NCBI GenBank assembly: GCA_019637815.1 | Contig: JAHBUZ010000011.1 | Location: 18,758-82,757 of the forward strand | Direction: 5' to 3' | Length of the DNA stretch: 64,000 nucleotides | Origin: Chloroflexota bacterium | GTDB taxonomy: Bacteria; Chloroflexota; Limnocylindria; Limnocylindrales; CSP1-4 | Shown: positions 44,636-53,532 of the stretch, one piece after another | How positions within the stretch are numbered: position 1 is the first letter of the stretch | How the letters are laid out: every line of letters begins with the position of its first letter | Position numbers and translations under genes: made by a program | Notes under the pieces: model-generated | What the model was told of the DNA's origin: nothing | The model's database searches: none | Seen by the model: the letters and a program-made list of their open reading frames with translations, nothing else

Positions 44636-47038
44636 TCAGGCGGCCGCCGTTGCGCGTCCCTGGCCCAGCTCCTCGTGGGGCACCACCCGTGTCCCGATGC
44701 CCAGCAGGCGCTCGACCGCCGTCGGATCGATGGGCGGCGAGAACAGATAGCCCTGCCCGTGCCCGCAGCCCATCGCCCGGAGCTGGTGGAGCTGCCCGGG
44801 TCGCTCGATCCCCTCCGCGATGACCTGGAGGCCGAGACCATCCGCCATGCCCACGATGGCCCGGGTGAGCACCCACCCGGGATCATCGGCATCACCCGAC
44901 ACGAACGCGCGGTCGATCTTGAGGGCGTCGACCGGGAATCGCTGGAGATAGCTGAGCGAGCTGTAGCCGGTGCCGAAGTCATCGATGGCGACGCTCACGC
45001 CCGACGCGCGCAGCTCCGCCAGGACATCGATGGTCCGCTGCGTGTGCTGCATCAGGACGCTCTCGGTGATCTCGACCTGGAGCGCGCCCGGCGCGATCCG
45101 GGTGCGACCGAGCGTCTGGGCGAGCGTGCGACCCAGCGCAGGATCCTGGAACTGGCGTGCGGACAGATTGACGCTGATCCGCAGGTCCGGGCGGTCTGCC
45201 GCCTCCTGCCATTCGCGGAGCTGCCGACAGGCCTCCTCGATGACCCACCGACCGATGGACACGATGGCACCGTTCTCCTCGGACATCGCGATGAAGTCCG
45301 AGGGCATTCGCCGCTGGACACCGGGGGCGTCCCAGCGGACGAGCGCCTCCAGCCCGGTCACGACGCCGTCCCGGAAGCGCACGATGGGCTGGTACTGGAG
45401 TCGCAGCTCATCGCGCGCGGCGGCCCCCCGCAGCGATCGCTTGAGGACACGCCGTTCCTGGACGCTGCGTCGGAGCGCGGGGTCGAAGACGACGACCCGT
45501 GCCTTCCCGGTCGCCTTGGCGCGATACATCGCGGTGTCCGCGTCCCGCAGCAACACGTCCGCGGTCGCGGCGTCCGCGCTGCTGAACGCGATGCCGATGC
45601 TGATGCCGACCGTCACCTGGGTCTCGCCGAGCAGGATCGGCTCCCGGACGGCCTCCACGACGCGTCGCGCCACGTGCTCCGCCTCTGCGGGGTCGAGCTG
45701 GTCCTCCAGGAGCACCGCGAACTCGTCACCACCCAGCCGAGCCACGGTGTCCGCGGCGCGCACACAGCCACCGATCCGCTCGGCCACGGCGATCAGCACC
45801 TGGTCGCCCCGCACGTGGCCCAGCTGGTCGTTGACGGCCTTGAGGCCATCGATGTCGAGGAACAGCACGGCCACGCGGCCCGGTCCACGGCCGGCACGGG
45901 TCAGCGCATGACCTAGACGGTCGGTGAACAGGGCCCGGTTGGCGAGGCGGGTGAGCCCGTCCTCGAACGCCTGGCGACGCAGCTCCTGGTGGAGGCGCGC
46001 GTTCTCAAGCGCCATGACCGCCTCCGCAGCGATGCTGCTCGCGAGCGTCACGGCGTCCGCATCGAACGGCGCGCCGGTCCGGCTGATCTCGGCGATGCCC
46101 ATGGTCTGGCCACGCACCACCAGCGGCACCATGAGCAGCGAGTCCACGCCATGGGCGCGCAGGATGGCGACCTCTGCGGCATCCGCGGTCGGGTCGGCCA
46201 CGGAGACCGTCGTGGGTCGTTGCGCCACCACGACCTCGCGGGTCAGGGGGTAGTCGTCGAGCGCGTATCCCTCCTCGTGCCTCGATGATGCCTCGGGCGG
46301 CCACGCGGCGAAGGTGATGACCTGGTCCCGGTCCGGGAGGTACGCCAGGACGACGCACGCATCCGCGCGGGTCGCCTCCTGCAGGTGTCGCGCGAGTCGT
46401 CCAGCCACCTGGGTCAGGTCCAGCGATCCGGAGAGGTCCCGCGAGAGATCGACGAGACGCGCCATCTCGCGACTCGACGAGACGAGGCGGGTCCGGACGT
46501 CCGCGAGGAGATACAGCAGCACCGCCATGATGAGGCCGGTGTCGATGAGCAGCAGCAGGTCCGCAAGGTCCAGACCGCCAACGGGACGCCCCGCCAGCGT
46601 GCCCATGGTGACGATGCTGACCGAGGCGAGCCAGCAGGCGACCGCCAGACGACGCATCGCGGTATCGGGCAGGCTGGGCAGCGCGAGCAGCAAGGCGACC
46701 ATGGGCGCCACGATGAGGACGCCTGCGGACGCGGGTGCCACGAACACCAGGCCGAAGATCACGCACAGGGTGACGATGACGAGGCGACTGGCCACCCATG
46801 TGCCGCTGCCCCCGGGGATCCGACGACGCGCCCACTCGGTCCAGATGGCCACGCCCAGGAAGAGGGCGGTGGGGAGCAGCAACTGCGGTCGGCCGGCGAG
46901 CAGCGCGACCGCGAGCGCCTCGGCCGCCAGGCCGAGCGTCAGCCACGTGATGACTCGGATGACCCGGGACAGCCGCCCGCCGTCGACGGACGACGGGACC
47001 CCGGGGCTGGATGGTGAGGGATGGAGGATGCGCCCCAC
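44636..47038 (-). CDS. membrane-anchored GAF-GGDEF-EAL signalling protein (c-di-GMP cyclase/phosphodiesterase)
   Basis: N-terminal TM segments, a GAF-like region, GGDEF (RLGGDEFAV) and EAL (EALVRW...) domains. GTG start near 47038 is uncertain. Confidence 0.8.
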   Translation of the reverse strand: MGRILHPSPSSPGVPSSVDGGRLSRVIRVITWLTLGLAAEALAVALLAGRPQLLLPTALFLGVAIWTEWARRRIPGGSGTWVASRLVIVTLCVIFGLVFVAPASAGVLIVAPMVALLLALPSLPDTAMRRLAVACWLASVSIVTMGTLAGRPVGGLDLADLLLLIDTGLIMAVLLYLLADVRTRLVSSSREMARLVDLSRDLSGSLDLTQVAGRLARHLQEATRADACVVLAYLPDRDQVITFAAWPPEASSRHEEGYALDDYPLTREVVVAQRPTTVSVADPTADAAEVAILRAHGVDSLLMVPLVVRGQTMGIAEISRTGAPFDADAVTLASSIAAEAVMALENARLHQELRRQAFEDGLTRLANRALFTDRLGHALTRAGRGPGRVAVLFLDIDGLKAVNDQLGHVRGDQVLIAVAERIGGCVRAADTVARLGGDEFAVLLEDQLDPAEAEHVARRVVEAVREPILLGETQVTVGISIGIAFSSADAATADVLLRDADTAMYRAKATGKARVVVFDPALRRSVQERRVLKRSLRGAAARDELRLQYQPIVRFRDGVVTGLEALVRWDAPGVQRRMPSDFIAMSEENGAIVSIGRWVIEEACRQLREWQEAADRPDLRISVNLSARQFQDPALGRTLAQTLGRTRIAPGALQVEITESVLMQHTQRTIDVLAELRASGVSVAIDDFGTGYSSLSYLQRFPVDALKIDRAFVSGDADDPGWVLTRAIVGMADGLGLQVIAEGIERPGQLHQLRAMGCGHGQGYLFSPPIDPTAVERLLGIGTRVVPHEELGQGRATAAA

Positions 47039-47135
47039 GCTGCCTCATCTGGCTGCCGCGGTCTTGGCCCCATGTGCGACAGGGCGTGCATGGTGCGCGC
47101 CCGCGCCACCCACTGGACACCCGACGAAAGTACCG

Positions 47136-49904
47136 TCAGCCGGTGCTCTGGACCCCCGCCGCGACCCCGCTCACGGTGAGGAACACGAGGCGCTCCAGCT
47201 CGCGTCGCTCGGGCGCCTCCGGGGGCAGCGCCCGGGCGCGTGCAAGGAGCCGGACCTGGAGCTCGGAGAGCGAGTCGACATAGGGATTGCGCAGCTCGAT
47301 GGAGCGCTGGAGCACGGGCATCGCGTCCATGATCCGGGGTCGCCCCGTGACCGCGAGGATGCCATCCCGCGTGAGTCGGTACTCGCGCCGGATGCGCCGC
47401 CACACACGCCTCGACTCCGGCGTCGGGGCGAGACCGGCGTATCGCCGGGCCACCTGCATGTCCGCCTTGGCGAGGCTCATCTCCGCCGTGTCGATGACAC
47501 CCGCCAGGAAGGGCCACGTCCGATACAGAACGCGGAGTCGCTCCAGCCCTGCCTCGCCGTGTGCCGCCACGTGGTCCGCGATGGCGCTGCCCACGCCGTA
47601 CCAGCCGGGCAGGTTGGCACGCGACTGTGACCACGCGAAGACCCATGGGATAGCCCGCAGCTGCTCGAGGGTGCGGGGTGCGCCGCCGGCGGCACGGGCG
47701 GATGGGCGGGAGCCGATGGCCATGCCCGCGAGCTCGTCGATGGGCGTGGCCGCCCGGAAGTACTCCTCGAACCGGGGGTCTTCCCAGACCAGCGAGCGGT
47801 ACGCGCGACGGGAGCTCGCCGCGAGCGCATCCATGACCGCCGCACCCTCCGCGCCCACGGCGCGGGTCCGTTCCGCGTGCGCGGGGGCCGATGCCAGCAG
47901 GACCGCGCTCGTGAGCTGCTCCAGGTGACGCTGCGCGATGACCGGGTTGGCATAGCGATCGGCGATCACCTCGCCCTGCTCGGTGAGCTTGAGGCGTCCG
48001 TCGACCGACCCCGGTGGGCCAGCCAGGATGGCCTGGCTCATGGGCCCGCCACCCCGGCCGATGGCACCACCCCGGCCGTGGAACAGGGTGAGCGTCACGC
48101 CATGGCGCCGACCGGCTGCGGTCAGCTGCTCCTGGGCGCGGTACAGCATCCAGGCCGCCGCGAGCGGTCCGGACTCCTTGGTGGAATCGGAATAGCCGAG
48201 CATCACCTCCTGCCGGTCGCCCCGGGTGGCGAGGTGGGCGCGATATGCCGGGTCGGTGAGCAGGGCATCGACGATGGCACCGCTCCCCTCGAGCGCGTCG
48301 GCCGACTCGAACAGGGGCACCACGTCCAGCGCGACCCCACCCGCCCGGTCCGCGAGCGCCAGCACGTCGAGGATGTCCTGGGCGCCACGTGTGAAGCTGA
48401 TGACATAGCGATGACAGGCACGCTCCCCGAACGATACCTGGATGTGCGCGATGGCCCGGAACGTGTCCAGGACCTCCACCGCGACACCGCTGGATGGGAC
48501 GAGGGCACCCGGCTCATCGCGGGCCAGCTCCGCGAGCGCGCGGGCATGCACCTCGCTGTGCTGCCGGACCTCCAGCCCGAGAGCGTGGAAGCCGAAGGTC
48601 TCGACCTGCCACCGGAAGTCCTGGAGGTCACCCCACGCGACCCGCGCCATGCCCTGCGCCAGGAGCGCCTCACGCAGGGTGTCGAGCGCGGCCAGCAGCT
48701 CACCCGGATGTCGATAGCCGACCGGGTCGTCCAGCCCGTCCACGAGTCGCGCCCGGGTCCGTCGAAGTCGCTCACCCATCGCCGTGAACGCCTGTCGCCA
48801 GGGCTCGCCCGGGAACCGTCGCTGTGCCTCGGCCATGGTGGCCGGCAGCTCTCGCGCATCGAGGGACAGCTGCGCGCGGAGCGCGCCGGGCAGCTCGTCC
48901 GTCGGCGTCGTCGCCGCGATGGTCTGGGCGAGACGTGACGCGACGGCCTCGTAGCCGTGGAGCACGTGGTCGGCGTGGATACGCATCGCCTCGCGGGTGA
49001 CGGCGGCGGTCACGGAGGGATGCCCGTCCCGGTCACCACCGACCCACGAGCCCCATTCGAGGTACGCGGTCACGCGTGGTGGCCGGGTGCCCGTGCGACC
49101 CGTGTCACGAGCCGCGCCCAGGGCCACCTCGGGCATGTCATCGAGCGCCCCGTCGAGCGCACGGTAGAGCCGCGGCGCGACCACGAACAGCGATTCATCG
49201 AAGAACGCCATCACGCTCCGCACCTCGTCGAGGGGCGAGGGCGCCTGCACCCGGAGTGGCGAGGTGTGCCAGAGCAGGGTGATCTCCTGCCGCAGACGAC
49301 GCCGGATGGCGGCGTCCTCGTCGGGTGTCAGGCGGGGATCGTCCAGCTGGTCGAGCGCGCGGTAGCACCGACGGAGCGCGATGAGCATGGTCCGGCGCCG
49401 GGCCTCGGTCGGGTGCGCCGTGAGGACGAGGCCCACGGACAGCCGCTCGATCGTGGCACGCCACCGGCTGCGGGGCACCCCGGCACGACGCAGCCGGTCC
49501 ACGGCATCCGCGACCGAGCCGTCCACGACGCCTCGTGGCGATGTCCTGGCCCGTCGTCGTAGCCGACGCACCCGCTCCTTCTCCTCGGCGAGGTTGGCGA
49601 GCTGGAAGTACAGGCCGAACGCCCGGATGAGCACCTCGGCACGCGGCGCGTCGATGCCGTCCAGCTCCGCGGCGAGCGCCCGACGCTCATCCACGCTGTC
49701 GGTCCGACGGAGCGCGATGGCGGCGCGTCGGATGCGCTCCACCAGGTCGAGCAGCTCCTCCCCCTCCTGCTCCACGATGACCTCGCCCAGCAGCGCGCCG
49801 AGCAGCTTGACCTCGCGGGCCAGCGGATCGCGCGCGCCGGACGTACCGATGCCCCGCGGCTCGGCGCGGACGGCGGCGTTGGGACGGGGATCACGGGCGG
49901 CCAT
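47136..49904 (-). CDS. ppc: phosphoenolpyruvate carboxylase
   Basis: PEPC signatures VLTAHPTE and GYSDSTKESG at about 920 aa. Start at ATG 49904 is uncertain. Confidence 0.85.
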   Translation of the reverse strand: MAARDPRPNAAVRAEPRGIGTSGARDPLAREVKLLGALLGEVIVEQEGEELLDLVERIRRAAIALRRTDSVDERRALAAELDGIDAPRAEVLIRAFGLYFQLANLAEEKERVRRLRRRARTSPRGVVDGSVADAVDRLRRAGVPRSRWRATIERLSVGLVLTAHPTEARRRTMLIALRRCYRALDQLDDPRLTPDEDAAIRRRLRQEITLLWHTSPLRVQAPSPLDEVRSVMAFFDESLFVVAPRLYRALDGALDDMPEVALGAARDTGRTGTRPPRVTAYLEWGSWVGGDRDGHPSVTAAVTREAMRIHADHVLHGYEAVASRLAQTIAATTPTDELPGALRAQLSLDARELPATMAEAQRRFPGEPWRQAFTAMGERLRRTRARLVDGLDDPVGYRHPGELLAALDTLREALLAQGMARVAWGDLQDFRWQVETFGFHALGLEVRQHSEVHARALAELARDEPGALVPSSGVAVEVLDTFRAIAHIQVSFGERACHRYVISFTRGAQDILDVLALADRAGGVALDVVPLFESADALEGSGAIVDALLTDPAYRAHLATRGDRQEVMLGYSDSTKESGPLAAAWMLYRAQEQLTAAGRRHGVTLTLFHGRGGAIGRGGGPMSQAILAGPPGSVDGRLKLTEQGEVIADRYANPVIAQRHLEQLTSAVLLASAPAHAERTRAVGAEGAAVMDALAASSRRAYRSLVWEDPRFEEYFRAATPIDELAGMAIGSRPSARAAGGAPRTLEQLRAIPWVFAWSQSRANLPGWYGVGSAIADHVAAHGEAGLERLRVLYRTWPFLAGVIDTAEMSLAKADMQVARRYAGLAPTPESRRVWRRIRREYRLTRDGILAVTGRPRIMDAMPVLQRSIELRNPYVDSLSELQVRLLARARALPPEAPERRELERLVFLTVSGVAAGVQSTG

Positions 49905-49999
49905 CGGGGTGCAGGCTACCCTGCCACGCCGCGTGGCGGGGCCCATCGCGTGCAGGATGGCAACCATCTGGGACATCATGCGCATCCACCGACGACGCG

Positions 50000-50584
50000 A
50001 TGTGGAGGATCCTGGGCGTGATGACACCATCCCCGCGCTGGGTGCGACCCCTGGCTGCTGCTGGCTCCATCCTGCTGCTGGCAGGATGTGTCCGACTCTC
50101 GTCGGTCGGCTCCAGCCCCGTCCCCACGAGCGATCCCAGCGTGGTGCCCGTGCCGAGCGTCACGGTCCCGGTGCCGACCCCCAGCCCCACGCCTCGCATC
50201 ACGCTCGCGCCCACCCCGTCGCCGACGCCGGCACCCACACCGACCCCGGACGACGGCGCCCAGGTGGTGGAGGTCTCGCTCCTCGACACGCTGGTCATCG
50301 AGCCCACGCGGATCACGGTGCGGTCGGGCACGCCGGTCCGTTTCGTGGTCACCAACGACGGGGGTCTGCCGCATGACTTCTTCATCGGCACCGACCGGGA
50401 GCAGAAGCAGCGCGAGAGCGCCGAGGCCGAGCCGGGTCCCGATCGGTACATCGAGGTGCCGCCGGGTGAGACGCGGACCCTCACGATGACCTTCCCGGAG
50501 GCGACCCGGACCATCGCGGGATGTGTCGTGCCCGGCCACTACAGCGCGGGCATGCGCTCCACGGTCGTCGTCCGGGAGCCGTAG
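50000..50584 (+). CDS. cupredoxin-domain lipoprotein (type-1 copper site H-C-H-M)
   Basis: Lipobox (LLAGC), a Pro/Thr-rich linker, then a cupredoxin fold with ligands LPHDFFI...CVVPGHYSAGM. Confidence 0.6.
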   Translation: MWRILGVMTPSPRWVRPLAAAGSILLLAGCVRLSSVGSSPVPTSDPSVVPVPSVTVPVPTPSPTPRITLAPTPSPTPAPTPTPDDGAQVVEVSLLDTLVIEPTRITVRSGTPVRFVVTNDGGLPHDFFIGTDREQKQRESAEAEPGPDRYIEVPPGETRTLTMTFPEATRTIAGCVVPGHYSAGMRSTVVVREP

Positions 50585-50707
50585 GCCATGGCACGGAACG
50601 GCCCACCGTCACCGAGCGGCTCGCCCACGTCACGAACGGGTGCCTCGCGGCACCGGAGGGGTGATCCGGGGGATGACCCCCGGTACCTTCGGTCGTATGC
50701 TGCGCAC

Positions 50708-51181
50708 ATGTCACGCATCGCCTCGCCCCTGCTGAGCCTGCTGGCCGTCCTCGGCCTCGTCCTCGTGCTGCCGGTCGCCGCGGTGGCCGCCGACGCCTGC
50801 ACCGTGACCGTGTCGCCGCGCACCGGTGAGCCCGGCACCCGGTTCGTGATCCGGGGACAGGGCTTCACGCCCAGCACCATCACGCTCACCCGGGGTGACG
50901 AGGAGCCACGGACCATCGACGTCTCGGGTGACCAGGACTCGTTCCGGGTGGGCCTCATCGCCGCCGAGGCGGACACGGGTCGCTGGCGCGTCCGCGCCGA
51001 GGGGTGCTCCGACACCGCCAGCCTCCGGGTCACGCTGCCGCCGACGGCCACCGAGAGCGTCGTCACGGGCGAGCAGGACCGCACCACCGAGCTCGCCGCA
51101 GCCGTCCTCCTGGCCGTGCTGTTCCTGGGCTCCACGGCACTCCTGCTGCCTCGCCTGACGAGAGCCGCCCGCTCGCGTTAG
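50708..51181 (+). CDS. hypothetical secreted protein with a C-terminal membrane anchor
   Basis: Start MSRIASPLLSLLAVLGLVLVLPVAAVAADA is a signal peptide. The C-terminal hydrophobic segment LAAAVLLAVLFLGSTALLLP is followed by basic residues. Function unknown. Confidence 0.4.
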   Translation: MSRIASPLLSLLAVLGLVLVLPVAAVAADACTVTVSPRTGEPGTRFVIRGQGFTPSTITLTRGDEEPRTIDVSGDQDSFRVGLIAAEADTGRWRVRAEGCSDTASLRVTLPPTATESVVTGEQDRTTELAAAVLLAVLFLGSTALLLPRLTRAARSR

Positions 51182-51193
51182 CCTGAGGGGGAG

Positions 51194-52897
51194 GTGCAGA
51201 CCCAGCTCCCTGTCATCCGCACGTACACCGGGCCGGACCGCGCGTCCGCCCAGGAGGCCTATCGCCGCGACGCGCAGCAGGCGCGCCAGACCGGCTGGCA
51301 TGCGGTCGCCCATCGTTGGCGCGTGGTCGATGGTCAGCAGGAGCTGGCCGTCGTGTTCCAGCCGGCAGCCTCCACGGTCGACGAGCCCGAGACGGTCGAC
51401 GCACCGTTCGCTGCTGTGCCCGAGGCGCCCCTCGAGGCGACCATGAACGAGGCGGATGTCGGAGCCGAGGCGGAGGCCGAGACGCCCGTGGGCGCCGTCG
51501 AGGCCGAGGCGGCGGATGTCGGAGCCGAGGCGGAGGCCGAGACGCCCGTGGGCGCCGTCGAGGCCGAGGCGGCGGATGCGGCCGAGGCGGAGGCCGAGAC
51601 GCCCGTGGGCGCCGTCGAGGCCGAGGCGGCGGATGCGGCCGAGGAGGAGGCCGTCAGCGCCGAGGAGGCCGTCGGGGCGGATGCGGAGCCTGTCGGGGCC
51701 GGGGAGCCCAGTGCGGCCGCCGTCGACGACGACCCACCGGCTGCGACATCCCCCACGGTCGACGAGCCCGACACGGCCGCGGAGCCGGAGCCCAGGGAGC
51801 GCCCGACCACGCCCAGCCAGCCCGCGAGCGGCGCCCGCGCCCATGCCCGGATGGTCATCGAGACCATCGACCTGCATGCCGGCGGTGAACCGCTCCGGCT
51901 CATCCGCTCGGGCTATCCGCGGGTCCCCAGCGCGCCCATCCTGGAGCGACGACGCTGGGTGCGGGAGCACGCGGACGCCGTGCGTCGGGCGATCATCCAC
52001 GAGCCGCGCGGCCACCGGGACATGTATGGCGCGGTGCTCCTGCCGGCACACCGACCAGATGCGGATATCGCGGTGCTGTTCCTCCACAACGAGGGATACA
52101 GCACGATGTGCGGGCACGGCATCATCGCGCTCGCCACGGGACTCCTGGAGGAGGGCCTGTATCCGGCCACGGCCCCCACCACGACCATCCGCTGGGAGAC
52201 GCCGGCTGGCCTGGTCACGTCCACCAGCGAGGTGTCGCTCGGCCCGGGCGGGCGCGTCGCGGTGTCCGGTGTCCGGTTCCGCAACGTGCCGGGCTATCTC
52301 CACGCCCGAGACCTGCTGGTGCCACTCGGCACGCTCGGTCCGCCGGGTGTCGCGGCGGCACGAGCCCACCTGGCCTTCGGTGGCGCGTACTACGGCATCG
52401 TGGATGCCGCGGATCTCGGCGTGCGCGTGACGCGTGACGCGGTGCCTGCGCTCCGCACCCTGGGCACCACCCTCACGGCACGGCTCCGCGAGGACCACGC
52501 GCCGACCCACCCCACCGATCCGGACCTCGGCTTCGTGTACGGCACGATCATCGTGGATCACGATCCGGCGAGCCTCTCGGATGGCCTGGCGCCGGATGCC
52601 GATCTGCGCTCCATCACGGTGTTCGCGGACGCGGAGGTCGATCGATCGCCCTGCGGCTCGGGGACGAGCGCCCTGCTCGCGTGGCTGCACGCGACCGGCC
52701 GACGTGCCGTCGGCGACCACGTGCGGAACGCGAGCGTGACCGGGGCCGTGTTCGACGGACGGATCGAGGAGACCGCGACCGTCGGCGACCGGGACGGCGT
52801 CGTGACGAGCATCGCGGGCACGGGCTACGTGACGGGCTACCACACGTTCGTGGTGGATGAGCGCGATCCGCTGGGAGACGGCTTCCTGCTGGCCTGA
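51194..52897 (+). CDS. proline-racemase-family enzyme (4-hydroxyproline epimerase/proline racemase type, both catalytic Cys present) fused to an N-terminal domain and an acidic tandem-repeat linker
   Basis: The C-terminal roughly 350 aa (from MVIETIDLHAGGEPLRLIRSG at 51851) carry MCGHG and SPCGSGTSA. The N-terminal 219 codons are continuous in frame with strongly GC-rich third positions. GTG start at 51194 after a GGGGGAGG RBS. The enzyme could alternatively initiate at 51851. Confidence 0.65.
   Translation: MQTQLPVIRTYTGPDRASAQEAYRRDAQQARQTGWHAVAHRWRVVDGQQELAVVFQPAASTVDEPETVDAPFAAVPEAPLEATMNEADVGAEAEAETPVGAVEAEAADVGAEAEAETPVGAVEAEAADAAEAEAETPVGAVEAEAADAAEEEAVSAEEAVGADAEPVGAGEPSAAAVDDDPPAATSPTVDEPDTAAEPEPRERPTTPSQPASGARAHARMVIETIDLHAGGEPLRLIRSGYPRVPSAPILERRRWVREHADAVRRAIIHEPRGHRDMYGAVLLPAHRPDADIAVLFLHNEGYSTMCGHGIIALATGLLEEGLYPATAPTTTIRWETPAGLVTSTSEVSLGPGGRVAVSGVRFRNVPGYLHARDLLVPLGTLGPPGVAAARAHLAFGGAYYGIVDAADLGVRVTRDAVPALRTLGTTLTARLREDHAPTHPTDPDLGFVYGTIIVDHDPASLSDGLAPDADLRSITVFADAEVDRSPCGSGTSALLAWLHATGRRAVGDHVRNASVTGAVFDGRIEETATVGDRDGVVTSIAGTGYVTGYHTFVVDERDPLGDGFLLA
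51455..51631 (+). repeat. three tandem direct repeats (60, 60 and 57 bp) encoding the acidic peptide repeat D(V/A)(G/A)AEAEAETPVGAVEAEAA
   Basis: Unit GATGTCGGAGCCGAGGCGGAGGCCGAGACGCCCGTGGGCGCCGTCGAGGCCGAGGCGGCG is repeated exactly at 51455 and 51515. A 57-bp variant follows at 51575, and degenerate copies come after that. Confidence 0.75.
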
Positions 52898-52962
52898 GCC
52901 GGTCTGCGGCCGACCGACGGGACGGCTGCAACCGCTGGGCCCCGGGCCGTGTTCCTGTCAGC

Positions 52963-53532
52963 GTGTGCATCGAATGCCCCGCCGCGCTGGCGACCGACCC
53001 CCGGGCCGCGTTCCCGACGTTCGTGCGTCATCACCAGGACCTGGTCTACGGGCTCGCCCGGCGGTGGACCCGTGACGCCGCCGATGCCGAGGACGTGGCC
53101 CAGGATTCGTTCCTGCGCGCCTGGCGAGCCATCGAGCGCTATCCGCCGGAACGCATCCGGGAGCTCCACACACGAGGCTGGCTGGCACGCATCGTGCGCA
53201 ACGTCGCCCACAACCGTGCCCGGGACGCCGCACCGGCACACGCGACCCTCGAGGATGCCCCCGAGCCGGTCGATCCGGAGGCCCGCACGCCCGTGGCGAC
53301 GCTGATGCGTCGCGAATCGGCACGTACCTGGGCGGCACGCCTGGCGCAGCTGCCGGACCGGCAACGGATCGCCGTGGAGCTGCGCCATGTGCACGGCCTG
53401 TCCTACGCGGAGATGACGGAGGCGCTGGAGCGTCCCGTCAACACCATCAAGTCGGATGTCCACCGGGGCATCCGCACGCTCCGTGCCTCGATGGAGGCCG
53501 CGGACGACCTGGAGCTGGAGGTGGCGCGGTGA
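52963..53532 (+). CDS. ECF (sigma-70 family) RNA polymerase sigma factor
   Basis: Region 2 (DAEDVAQDSFLRAWRAIERY) and region 4 (LPDRQRIAVELRHVHGLSYAEMTEALERPVNTIKSDVHRG). GTG start at 52963. Confidence 0.75.
   Translation: MCIECPAALATDPRAAFPTFVRHHQDLVYGLARRWTRDAADAEDVAQDSFLRAWRAIERYPPERIRELHTRGWLARIVRNVAHNRARDAAPAHATLEDAPEPVDPEARTPVATLMRRESARTWAARLAQLPDRQRIAVELRHVHGLSYAEMTEALERPVNTIKSDVHRGIRTLRASMEAADDLELEVAR

Noticed and set aside
44675-45916. 413-aa plus ORF and several others antisense to the GGDEF-EAL gene
   Set aside because: The minus-strand protein carries intact GGDEF and EAL motifs. The plus ORFs lack any.
49381-50376. 331-aa plus ORF overlapping the ppc 5' end and the cupredoxin gene
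   Set aside because: Out of frame with both supported genes. No motifs.
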